DNA of 64,000 nt. Source: Squalus acanthias. Lineage: Eukaryota. The translations under genes and the position numbers were made by a program. The first letter of the stretch is position 1. Each line of letters starts with the position of its first letter. The notes below the pieces were generated by a model that worked only from the letters and a program-made list of their open reading frames with translations, did not search any database and was not told the DNA's origin. The DNA lies in NCBI GenBank assembly GCA_030390025.1, contig CM059431.1, positions 105,526,001 to 105,590,000 of the forward strand. The letters are read 5' to 3'. Positions 1 to 10,701 of this stretch are shown here, in pieces.

Positions 1-11
1 ATCCACATAAT

Positions 12-438
12 GTGTCAGCTGTGGCTCAGTGGATAGCACACTCGCCCCTGAGTCCGAAGGTTGTGGGTTCAAGTCCCACGCCAGGGACTTGAATGCATAA
101 ATCTAGGCTGAGGGAGTGCTGCACTGTCGGAGGTGCCGTCTTTCAGATGAAACTTTAAACCGAGGCCCTGCCTACTTTCTCAGGTGGATGTAAAAGATCC
201 CATGGCACTATTTCGAAGAAGAGCAGGGGAGTTATCCCTCAACCAACATAACAAAAACAAAACAGATTATCTGGCCATTATCACATTGCTGTTTGTGGGA
301 GCTTGCTGTGCGCAAATTGGCTGCCCCGTTTCCCACATTCCAACAGTGATTACACTCCAAAAGTACTTCATTGGCTGTAAAGCGCTTTGAGACGTTGGTC
401 GTCATGAAAGGCGCTAAATAAATGCAAGTCTTTCTTTC
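12..438 (+). mobile_element. tRNA-derived Deu-type SINE (SacSINE1-like) with L2-type tail
   Basis: Head has A box (TGGCTCAGTGG) and B box (GGTTCAAGTCC); tail is aaaggcgct..aaatgcaagtctttctttc; near-identical copies recur across the window. Confidence 0.85.
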
Positions 439-504
439 AAAACTGTAATCCCTCATTTTGCAACCATTCTAGTAAATCTCTCCAAAGCCTTCACCTTCCT
501 AATA

Positions 505-2161
505 TCAGCGCAATCCGGGCAGAATTGGCAGGAACAGCGCAGAAGGTCGGGAATTTTAAATGTAAGTGAGCTACGCCCAAACCCACTTGCGGTCGTGTTT
601 TCCGCGATCTGTTACGCTGGTTTAAGATTCAATTCTACCGATCAGGCCCCGCCCACAAAACTGGCCACACACCCCCAGATCGAAGTTGAGAGATTCCACC
701 GATTCCGCTGACTCGGGAAGGCTCTTCAAATCACGCTCATTTACTTCGACACACAGGCACGAGTCAGCACGATTTTAAACGTTTTTTTATCACGAAAATA
801 TAAAATTTACTAAGAGACTGACTAGTGTGCACCAATGAAACTATTAAATAGTTCAGTATACTTTTTTTTAATCATTTTCAGTGAGTTTAAATCAGGTTAC
901 TCACAGGTGGAGGACAGGATATTCTTATTAAAAATGCTTATTTTTGGTGATAAACCCATTTTTAGCTGTATTAATAAATCTGCACCAGGTTACCGCTCTT
1001 GAATACAAAGTGGAATCAAAAACACAATTCCTAAATTTGCGGATGACACCAAATTGAGGAGGATAGTCAATACTAAAGAGGACATTAATAAACTTGCAGA
1101 ATGTGCCTATAATTGGCAAATGAAGTTCAACACAGATAAATGTGAGCTATTACATTTTGGTAGGAAGAATAGGGAGGTCACTTATTACTTGGAGGGTGTG
1201 AGTCTGGGTGGGGTAGAGGAGCAAAGGGATCTCGGAGTACAAATACACAAATCACTAAAAGTATCGACACAGGTTAATAAGGCCATTAAAAAAAGCAAAC
1301 CAAGCACTAGGGTTTATTTCTGGAGGAATAGTGTTGAAAAGTAGTGAAGTTATGCTAAACCTGTATCGAACCTTGGTTAGACCACACTTGGAGTACTGCG
1401 TACAGTTCTGGTCGCCGTATTATATAAAGGATGTAGAGGCACTGGCGAGGGTGCAGAGAAGATTTACAAGCATGATACCAGAAATGCGAGGGTATACATA
1501 TCAGGAAAGGATGAACAGGCTAGGCTGGGTCTCTTTTCTCTTGAAAAAAGAAGGCTGAGGGGGTGACCTAATAGAGGTCTTTAAAATTATGAAAGGTTTT
1601 GATAGAGTGGATACAGAGAGAGTGTTTCCACTTGTGGGGAAGAGCAAAATTAGAGGCCATCAATATAAGATAGTCACCAAGAAATCCAATAGGGAATTCA
1701 GAAGAAACTTCCTTACCAAGAGAGTGGTGAGAATGTGGAACTCACTACCACAGGGAGTGGTTGAAGCGAATAGTATAGATCCATTTAAGGGGAGGCTAGA
1801 CAAGCATATGAGGGAAAAGGGAATAGAGGGTTACGCTGATAGAGTTAGATGAGGAAAGGCGGAAGGAGGCTCGAGTGGAGCATAAACGCTGGCATAGACT
1901 GGTTGGGCCGAATGGCCTGTTTCTCTGCCTTATATCCTATGTAATCCTGTGTAATCAAGGAATACTTTTTAATGGAAAGAAAGAAAAAGAATCGATTACC
2001 TTCTATGACGCTGCCAGATTGCGCTGGTTTATGGAAGATTTTACGGTTGTGATTATGCAAATAAAATTGAACCAAAACTTGAAGCCTAACTGAACCAGCG
2101 CAATTTCAAGCACATTTTGGACGCAATTTCTCGATTGCGCCCAAAGTGGAAGCGTTACCCC
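505..2161. mobile_element. Non-autonomous Harbinger-type element (family A), left end decayed, interrupted by a CR1
   Basis: Shares blocks (tcacaggtgg; ttttggtgataaacccatttt; ttacc/tgctctt) with 5982-7499 and 38680-39258; right end ...gttacccc. Confidence 0.65.
1007..1956 (+). mobile_element. CR1 LINE 3' fragment (RT C-terminus and 3' UTR), frameshifted
   Basis: ORFs carry KFNTDKC, RDLGV, LVRPHLEYCVQFWSP and RVVRMWNSLP; tail is atcctatgta-type. Confidence 0.95.
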
Positions 2162-2534
2162 ACGGTGTGTCGCCTTCTCTTCTCTCTGAGAAACCTGATT
2201 GCAAGCAAGATGGCAAGTTCTTTTTGCAGAAGATTAGGTGCTAGGACTGATGGCGGTCCTGGCAAATAATATCCCTTACCTTCTACAAGGAGATCATCGT
2301 AGGCTGGGAGACCGTTCAGGGCCTCCAGGCCTATTAAGTTTGCAGAGACATCAACGCTCCTGGTTTGTCTAATGACAGTCACAATAATTTCCATTTTTGT
2401 CAGGTTCACGGTAGTGTTCGGTGCTCCACCGCAAAACATATCTGCCCTCTAAACAACAACAGGCATGAAAATGCTCATCGGTTCATCCTGTGCCACCTTT
2501 ATTTTTTTTACAGAGAGGCCACAAGCCCTTGAAC

Positions 2535-2775
2535 AGTAAGCTGGAGAAGCTCGAGCTCCGGGTTTCGGAGCTTGAGCAGCAACTGACGTCACTGCGGTGC
2601 ATCCACGAGGCTGAGAGCTTCGTGGACAGCACGTTTCAGGAGATAAGGCCACCCCGCAGATAAGGAGTGTGAAGGCAGAGAGGGAATGGGTGACCACCAG
2701 ACAGAAGAGGAGGACGAGGCAGGTAGTGCAGGAGTCCCGAGTGCATCTCACCCTCCAACCAGTATTCGGTTCTAG
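2535..2775 (+). mobile_element. CR1 ORF1 fragment (coiled-coil region)
   Basis: Translates to KLEKLELRVSELEQQLTSLRCIHEAESFVDSTFQE...EWVTTRQKRRTRQVVQES, resembling vertebrate CR1 ORF1. Confidence 0.7.
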
Positions 2776-2779
2776 CCCC

Positions 2780-3535
2780 AAAGAAAGCTGCGCGCAAAGA
2801 TCTCGCGATCTCTGTTCCGAAACGTTTGGCTTTTTCGACGACGTGCAGTTGAGATCAGTGTAGTTTCGTGGGAATCCCACAGCGCGAGCTGCTGTGATGG
2901 CAACAAGCTGTCGAAGCAGCCAATCACAATGTAGAATTCTCACAGACAGGGAACCAGGAAGCGAAGACGTTGCTTTTGTTCTGACTTTTTAAAAATGTTA
3001 TAGAAAGCAAAACAAAGAGTGGGGCCTTCAAATGAGGAAAAGGTAAGCCTGAAATAAAGATAAACAAACTTTTTAAAAATACAATTTTTTAAAAAATTCT
3101 CTTAAAAATTGTAATTTTCGTCATTATGGAGAAATTTGGGACCCCGCACAATTAAAATGAGTTTTTCAGGGCCATAACCTTTGTTTAGCAGTCAATGCGC
3201 TGTTAAAACCCCAGTTACACCTAATCTAAAGGGTCGATCTTTTGATGGGGTATTTAACGCGATATTACCGCGGAAAAGCCCAAGTTTTCGTCATATGCAC
3301 TGATTTTCCTGATTGCCGGCTATGGGGTGGGTGGGGGGTCGGGGGGGGGGGTGCGGTAGGTGATGGTGGAGCACAGTGCAGCCAGTGTCGGAGCAGTGAA
3401 TGACTGACCGCAACTTCAGGATTTCAGCGTTAGGATGCGCATGTGCTGCATCCCGAAGTTGCGGTCAGTTTCAAAGGGGTAATAACAGCGAACGCTGTTC
3501 GTTCGGTTGTTACTACCCACCGCAAATTCCGGGAC
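2780..3535. mobile_element. Harbinger-type MITE remnant
   Basis: CpG-rich ends with AT-rich core; internal inverted repeat gaccgcaacttc / gaagttgcggtc; right end aaattccgggac. Confidence 0.5.
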
Positions 3536-4045
3536 ACTGTTCTGGACAACAAGCCCTTTGAATCAGATGAAAGGCAGTCCCATGAATTGCATGACAGCCG
3601 ACAACTTGGCATCTTTGCAGATGATATGCAACAGATAAAGCTGTGCTTGTGTTGTTTGCTCCAAGGCAAATCCGCTACCCTGCAGGTGAATGAACTTTAC
3701 TATCTTTCAGGCGCCTGCACATTTTAATCACATTCTAACATGAGTTGACTTAGCCCATCACTTCTGGAAGGTTGTATTACAAAGCACATGTTTCTCCTGT
3801 AAAATAATAAATTGGTGTACTGATAACCTCCATTTCCATCTCATACAGCTCGGGAAATTGTAAACATAGAAAATTTAAAAGATGTCTTGAAGTAACGCTA
3901 TGGTGTGCTGGTAGAATATTCACCTCACATTTTTATATTCATAGGCTCGCATCCCAGAGGGCTACAGGTTCAAGCCCGGCTGCATGGTGGAATGTTTATT
4001 TTTCATTCTGGTGGAAAGGACACACCTGCCTTGCCTTGACAGTTT

Positions 4046-4822
4046 AGAAACATAGAAACACAGAAAAATAGGAGCAGGAGTCGGCCATTCAGCCCTTCGA
4101 GCCTGCTCCGCCATTCAATATGATCATGGCTGATCCTCTATCTCAATACCATATTCCCGCTCTCTCCCCATACCCCTTTTGTGTCTAGAAATCTATCTAT
4201 CTCCTTCTTAAATATATTCAGTGACTTGGCCTCCACAGCCTTCTGTGGTAGAGAATTTCACAGGTTCACCACCCTCGGAGTGAAGACATTTCTCCTCATC
4301 TCAGTCCTAAATGTCCTACCCCGTATCCTGAGACTGTGACCCCTCGTTGTAGCCCCCCCAGTCAGGGGAAACATCCTCCCTGCATCCAGTCTATCTAGCC
4401 CTTTCGGAATTTTATACGTTTCAATGAGATCCCCTCTCATTCTTCTAAACTCTAGTGAATACAGGCCTAGTCGACCCAATCTCTCCTCATACGACAGTCC
4501 TGCCATCCCAGGAATCAGTCTGGTGAACCTTCGCTGCACTCCCTCTATGGCAAGTATATCCTTTCTTAGGTAAGGAGACCAAAACTGCACACAGTACTCC
4601 AGGTGTGGTCTCACCAAGGCCCTGTATAACTGTAGTAAGACATCCTTGCTCCTGTACTCAAATCCTCTTGCAATGAAGGCCAACATACCATTTGCCTTCC
4701 TAACTGCTTGCTGCACCTGCATGTTTGCTTTCAGTGACTGATGTACAAGGACACCCAGGTCCCTCTGCACATCAACATTTCCCAATCTATCACCATTTAA
4801 ATAATACTCTGCCTTTCTGTTT
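4046..4822 (-). mobile_element. CR1 LINE 3' fragment
   Basis: 175-aa ORF 4258-4785 with RDLGVLV...LVRPHLEYCVQFWSP...RGHSL; tail (tttctatg)n. Confidence 0.95.
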
Positions 4823-4884
4823 TAAGCTGAAAAGCGAGAGCCTGAGGAGGTCTGCACTACCTGGGTCCGAGTAATAAAAAAAAG

Positions 4885-5062
4885 GAAAGCCTTGCATTTC
4901 TGTAGCGCCTTTCACGACCTCAGGACGACCCAAAGCGCTTTACAGCCAACAAAGTACTTTTGAAGTGGAGTCACTGTTGCAATGTGGGAAACGGGGGCAG
5001 CCAATTTGCGCACAGCAAGCTCCCACAAACAGCAATGTGATAATGACCAGATCAGCGGTTTT
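4885..5062 (-). mobile_element. Deu-type SINE 3' fragment
   Basis: Reverse complement matches about 270-430. Confidence 0.85.
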
Positions 5063-5451
5063 ATTGGTGAAGGGGCACCATTGACTCGAAAGGGAGTCTT
5101 GTTCACAAGGGAAGAAGCCGCATGGATTCTGCCATTAGTAACAGTCAAAGACCTGCCCTAAATGGTCACATCCAATAACACTTTCATTTTCAGCTTTCGA
5201 ATGTATAAGTAGTTAACGGCATTGATTCTTGCACAATTTTCATATTTGCACACTCTACTTTTCTATTTTCTATTAATCTTTAATTTGTATCGTGGCAAGA
5301 AAATCCATTAAGAAAACAATCAATTGATATTGTAATTGGTTCCATTATTATTTTATACCAAGTTATAATTCAGAATGTGAAAGCGTATTGAAGATCAATT
5401 AATATATTTCCATGATCGAGCAATCTTTGAAGCACAGAAGACATTACTAGA

Positions 5452-5712
5452 GCAAAAGCAAGATACTGCGGATGCTGGAAATCTGAAATAAAAACAGTAA
5501 AATGCCGGAAATACTCGGCAGGTCAGGCAGCATCTGTGGAGAGAGAAACAGAGTTAACGTTTCAGGTCGATGACCCTTCGGTTAAATCTCTAACTTATTC
5601 CAGTTCTGATGAAAGGTCATCGACCTGAAAGGTTGACCCTGTTTCTCTCTCCACTGATGCAGCCTGACCTGCTGAGAGTTTCCAGCATTTTCTGTTTTTA
5701 TTTCAGATTTCC
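5452..5712. repeat. Palindromic repeat, probably derived from Penelope-like element termini
   Basis: About 110-bp inverted arms (ggaaatctgaaataaaaacag...caggtcgatgacc / ggtcatcgacctg...tttttatttcagatttcc); related copies at 19297 and 46203. Confidence 0.8.
5601..5640 (+). ncRNA. Minimal type I hammerhead-ribozyme-like motif (degenerate copy)
   Basis: CTGATGA 5606-5612, hairpin AGGTC-ATC-GACCT, GAAA 5627-5630; other arms of the family read GAAA-CGTT-AACT. Confidence 0.6.
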
Positions 5713-5981
5713 CAGTAGCTTGGTTCAGAGAATCTTAAACCATTCATGACAGGTTACTGTCAGATCGTGGGCCAACCAAAACATGGGCAACAAAAATCCG
5801 TTATCCATGATATCCAACTGAATGGGGGGGCTTGTATACACAAATTCGAGCCGTGTATGAAGCTACAACTCTTTTTTTAAACAAAAAATAAAATCAAAGA
5901 AACCTTATATTAAACATGTTTCAGTAGCCAGCAAATTTATTTCTCAGTGATCTGCTCCATCAGACTCCTGATGATATCAGA

Positions 5982-7499
5982 GGCCTGGAGTTTCTGCTCG
6001 GTTGCGCTTTTAAAAAATATTTCAGTGCAATTCGCCAAAAATTAGCCAAACCAGCGCAAAAGATCACGGAATTTCAAGCGCAAATTACGTCCTGCGTTAA
6101 TGAAGTTTTCGCGCTCTAGAAGCTATCAATATAAGATAGTCACCAAGAAAAGATTTACAAGAATGGTTCCAGGGATGAGGGACTTCAGTTACGTGGATAG
6201 ACTGGAGAAGCTGGGGTTGTTCTCCTTAAAGCAGAGAAGATTGAGAGGAGATTTGATGGAGGTGTTCAAAATCATGAGGGGTCCAGACAGAGTAGATAGA
6301 GACAAACTGTTCCCATTGACGGAAGGGTCGAGAACCAGAGGACACAGATTTAAGGTGATTGGCAGAAGAACCAAAGGCGACATGAGGGGAAACTTTTTTA
6401 TGCAGCATGTGGTTAAGATCTGGAATGCACTGCCTGAGAGGGTGGTGGAGGCAGATTCAATGGTGGCTTTCAAAAGGGAATCGGATAAGTACCTGAAGGA
6501 AAGAAATTGCAGGGCTATGGGGAAAGGGCGGGGGAGTGGGATTAGCTGAAGTGCTCTTGCAGAGAGCCGGCACGGGCTCGACGGGCTGAATGGCCTTCTT
6601 CTGTGCTGTAACCATTCTATGATTCTATGATAAATCCAGCAGGGAATTCAGAAGAAACGTTCTTTACCCAGAGAGTGGTGAGAATGTGGAACTCACTACC
6701 ACAGGGAGTGGTTGAAGCGACTAGTATAGATGCATTTAAGGGGAGGCTAGGTAAGCATATGAGGGAGAAGGGAATAGAGGGTTTTGCTGATAGAGTTAGA
6801 GGAGGAAAGACGGGAGGAGGCTCAAGTGGAGCATAAACGCCGGAATGGACTGGTTGGGCCGAATGGCCTGTTTCAGTGCCGTATATCCTATGTAAAACGG
6901 CCCCGCCCACAAACTGGCCACGCCCCCTGATCGGATTAATCACCATGGCGACTTTCCGCTAATTACACCCGTTTGCGAGGATTTGAGGAGGCTCTTAAAA
7001 TTATGTTTTTTTTGTTTTAGGCGCAAAGACACTCAACAGGCACCTTTTATTAGCTTTTGAATAGTATATATTTTTTATTTTACTAAGAAACTGAGTAGTG
7101 TACACCAATATAACTAGCAAATGATTCTGTACAGTATTTTCAAGTAATTTGCAGTTATTTAAAATTGGGTTAGTCACAGGTGGTGGACTGGACACGCTGA
7201 TTAATAAAGTTTATTTTTTGGTGATAAACCCATTTTCAGCCGTATTAATCAAACTGCACCAGGTTACTGCTCTTAAAATTCATCAAGGAATATTTTTTAA
7301 TGCAAACATTGTTTTTTTAAATTATTTTCTAAAACGCTGCCCAATTGAGCTGGTTCATGGAAGAGTTTACATTCGATGATATGCAAATGCATTTGATTGG
7401 AAACTTGAGCAAAAAGTAGCACGTCTTAAAAATAGCGCAATTTTGAGCACCATTAGCTCCTGGATTGCCGATTGCGCCCAAAACGGAGACTCTTCTCCC
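5982..7499. mobile_element. Non-autonomous Harbinger-type element (family A), CR1-interrupted
   Basis: 3-bp TSD AGA (5979-81 / 7500-02); imperfect terminal inverted repeats; similar to 505-2161 and 38680-39258. Confidence 0.7.
6125..6895 (+). mobile_element. Nested CR1 3' fragments (one CR1, about 6150-6630, inside another)
   Basis: ORF 6100-6549 RFTRMVPG...RGHRFK; two separate 3' tails at about 6625 and 6890; host continues across the insert (agtcaccaag | aaatccagcaggg). Confidence 0.9.
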
Positions 7500-7589
7500 A
7501 GAATAATTCTTTGGAGACACATCAGTACTACTTTTTAGAGGTTTTAACGATACAGGGGATGAATTTCCACACTGCTTCTCCCCTCCCAC

Positions 7590-7935
7590 TCATAGAATCA
7601 TACAGCACAGAAGGAGGCCATTCAGCCCATCGTGCTTGTGCTGGTTCTTTGAAAGCTATCCAATTAGTCCCACTCCCCTGCTCTTTCTTCATATCCCTGC
7701 AATTTTTTCCCCCTATTTCAAGTATTTATCCAATTCCCTTTTGAAAGTTGTTACTGAATCTGCTTCCACCGCCCTTTCAGGCAGCGCGTTCCAGATCACA
7801 ACAACTCGCTGATAAAAAAAAAAATTCACCTCATCTCCCCTCTGGTTCTTTTGCCAATGACCTTCACTCTGTGTCCTCTGGTTACCGACCCTCCTGCCAG
7901 TGGAAACAGTTGCTCCCTATTTATTATCAAAACCC
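7590..7935 (-). mobile_element. CR1 3' end fragment
   Basis: catagaatcatacagcacagaaggaggcc tail; TRGHRVKVIGKR. Confidence 0.85.
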
Positions 7936-8625
7936 CTCCACTCATTCGCCATAACCTTTGTGGCAGAGTCGCAGGAAACACAAGAAAAATAGCTTGAATG
8001 ATGTTTACATCTTCCCCCCACCCCCCGTCCACCGCCCCCCGCGGCTTTATAATGGGCCGGGGCAGAACCCCTGTGGAATTTCACCCCCAACACACGGAGC
8101 CACAAAGGCGCAACAACAACACAAGAGAAAGCCGTCACTCCAATGAGTTTTCTATCTGCACTGTGTCATTGATGAGGCAAGAACAACAACAACCACCTGC
8201 ATTTATGCTGCGCCCTTTAACGTAGTAAAACGTCCCAAGGCGCTTCACAGGAGCGGTATCGGACAGAATTTGACAGTGCTGAGTGGAGACCAGACCCTTT
8301 CCCGCGGGGTAGTGGAGAAACTCAAGAGGATGAGCCATCGTTAGGCCATTCTGCCACACGCCCCGGTCGTAATTCACAGTCGCACTGGCCCAGGCTCCCG
8401 TGAGCAGGTCGCCCCAGAGGCCTGTATTCCCCTCCCGCATTGGCGTATGGCCCAGGGAGGTGGGAAAAATAAGAACGGGCGAAAATAACGTGAAACTCTT
8501 CAGGGAGAAAAAAAAAATTGCAAAGTCAATTCATTCCTTCTAGTCTAGCTCTGGCTAGCTCCGTCCAGCTGTAATTCTTTTTTTTTTCTGATTTGTTTCT
8601 TAATCATCCAATTTTCTCCCCTTAC

Positions 8626-8799
8626 CTTCTCCGCTCCTTTCCTCGGTCATGTTTAAGTGCTGATCCGCAGGCAGCGACAACTTGCCATCTGGGCAGTGTC
8701 ATCTGGCTATTTAATTGTGAAGGCCCAGTCCTGCCCTCATCTGATGCCAATGCAAGTGCAGGTTCAGACGTAAGTGTGATTAATTTAGCAGACATTCTC
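8626..8799 (-). CDS. Candidate exon of an unidentified host gene (174 nt, phase 2-2)
   Basis: Acceptor (t)n gctgcattcAG, donor AG|GTAAGG; one frame is open throughout: RMSAKLITLTSEPALALASDEGRTGPSQLNSQMTLPRWQVVAACGSALKHDRGKERR; non-repetitive sequence. Confidence 0.6.
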
Positions 8800-8958
8800 C
8801 TGAATGCAGCAAAAAAAAAAAATCTATTCTGTTGAAACTAGGCTTGTCAAGTTATATTTTTGTGGTCTCAACAGGTGCTTAAAATAATACCATTGGACAG
8901 GCTAACACACAACAAAAAGAGAAGCAAATCTGTTGTGTAAGGTTTAATCTCCTCTTAC

Positions 8959-8984
8959 CTTTGCTCAAGCAGAAACTCCGCCAT
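8959..8984 (-). CDS. Candidate start-codon exon of the same gene (MAEFLLEQ)
   Basis: Kozak-like gaaATGG at 8984, donor AG|GTAAGA at 8958; a 159-bp intron joins it in frame to 8799. Confidence 0.55.
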
Positions 8985-9602
8985 TTCTTGACATCTCAGC
9001 TGCCACTGCACACAAAGGCTCTCACTGTACACCAATATGTTTGACACACTAAATCAAGCCAATCTTAGTCAAACACTTCCAATAGGTTCTCTACCTGGTT
9101 ATCACTCAATTCAGAGGCAGCGTACCTTCAAAAATCACCATGCAGCAGTAATTTTTTTTTTAATGCTGAAAAGGAGACAAATAATATTTTTCTAGCATTC
9201 AATAACAACTGATGTTTCGTTGTGGTCTGATTGTCAGAGGAACCCTTCGCTAAATATCAAAAATCTTCGGGCAATTTTAATTCAATCTATGGCACATATT
9301 CTTTTTAAAACACAGAATAAAATAAAAGGTGCAGAGCTTTGCCTTTACGAGCCAATATTCCGACAGTGACTACACTGCAAAAGTACTTCGTTAGCAGTGA
9401 AGCAATGTGGGACATTCCAAGGTCATAAAAGGCAATGTATGAATGCACAGTTGTTCTTTCTTATTACATGTTTATTCTGACATGCAGACATCAAATCGAC
9501 ACACTTATAATAGTCGTCTCCTGGTTTGGATACGTGATGGGAAATGAGTAATACTCAGTGGAGCAGAGAGAGAGAGATACGACTGAATTTTAATTCTGTC
9601 CT

Positions 9603-9650
9603 TGACGTCTGCGTGTAGGCGGCCATTTTGAGTGACATCACAGCCATTTT
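9603..9650 (-). promoter_or_regulatory. Possible promoter motifs upstream of the candidate exons
   Basis: YY1-type AAAATGGCCGCC and AAAATGGC on the minus strand plus CRE-like TGACGTC and TGACATCA within 50 bp. Confidence 0.3.
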
Positions 9651-10240
9651 ATTTAGATTATGAATTATTCATATGGATGCAGGCTGATGATACTTTAGTG
9701 TAGCCCAGATTGTTTGTCTCCCAAATCATGACCTAGAATCAGTAGCACCGGCAGGAATTTTTGTCGGGAGGGTGTTTGGATACGAGTTTGTCAGACCAAA
9801 CAGAACGACTTCAACAAAGGCCTATTTTCCCCAAGTAGGAATTTCACAATGAAGGTTCAAACAGAAATATTACTACTACCATCAATCTACCAATTCAAAT
9901 GAAGAGGAAAAAAAAGTCTTGTCAGTCAAAAATTCTAAAGCATAAACTCCAAGTGCTGATTGTGTGTCGCTGGTCTATCATTAACTTCATTACTTTTCAC
10001 TGCAATGTCCCAGTGAACATTTAAAGTACAAGCCGAACTAATTAGTTTTCATTGGTCGAATTACAATACTGAGTAGCTCTGGAACAACATGCACTGTTTG
10101 TGATCTAAGGCACGTTCTTTCAAAATAAGTTGTCTGATTAAAACAAAAAGTCAGACATTTCTGGTGGCGTTTAAAGCCCTTGAAACTGTCTTGAATAGCT
10201 GGTTACAGATCTACAGGTCTACAATATCTGCAAAGGTGGC

Positions 10241-10372
10241 TGTAATATATGTGGGTGGGACAAATGAAGGACAGAGACATGATGAGTTGCACTTCAAAGT
10301 GCTTGTTTACTAGGCCAGAGCGAACTGAGCATGTGACAAACCATGTGACAAACCATGTGATAATACATTACA
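10241..10372 (-). repeat. Gypsy 3' LTR (132 bp)
   Basis: TGTAAT...ATTACA termini; adjacent polypurine tract (minus strand AAGGGGAAAGCAG). Confidence 0.95.
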
Positions 10373-10701
10373 CTGCTTTCCCCTTAAAAAAAAAAGTACA
10401 TATTCCCCTCTCAAATACAACAAAACTATGGTCCCACCTTTCCCAGCAATACATGTACCACATAACAAAAACTCCTGGCTTTTTTTCTTTTAAATCAACT
10501 ACAAATCCAGTTTAATAACAGTTTGCGGAGCATTCCTGATCTCCTTACAAAAAGGTTTTGGTGTCGAACCAATTTTCGGGCTGTTTTGTTTGGGTTCTGA
10601 ACTCAAAGAAGCAGGTACCACCACACTGTTTCCCCACTTGATACAACCTTGCTCACAAGACAATTCAGTACAACGGTTATGAAATGGTTTCAATCCTGTG
10701 T

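Noticed and set aside
12..85. tRNA-like sequence with A and B boxes
   Set aside because: It is a SINE head continuous with the SINE body and repeated elsewhere, not a tRNA gene
3322..3360. G-run with G-quadruplex potential
   Set aside because: Low-complexity tract inside a MITE with no sign of function
3724..3796. Minus-strand acceptor near 3797 as the next exon of the 8.6-kb gene
   Set aside because: The frame stops after about 24 codons and no good donor follows
9126..9165. 40-nt minus-strand segment with acceptor and donor
   Set aside because: Stops in all three frames; it could only be a UTR exon, which I cannot support
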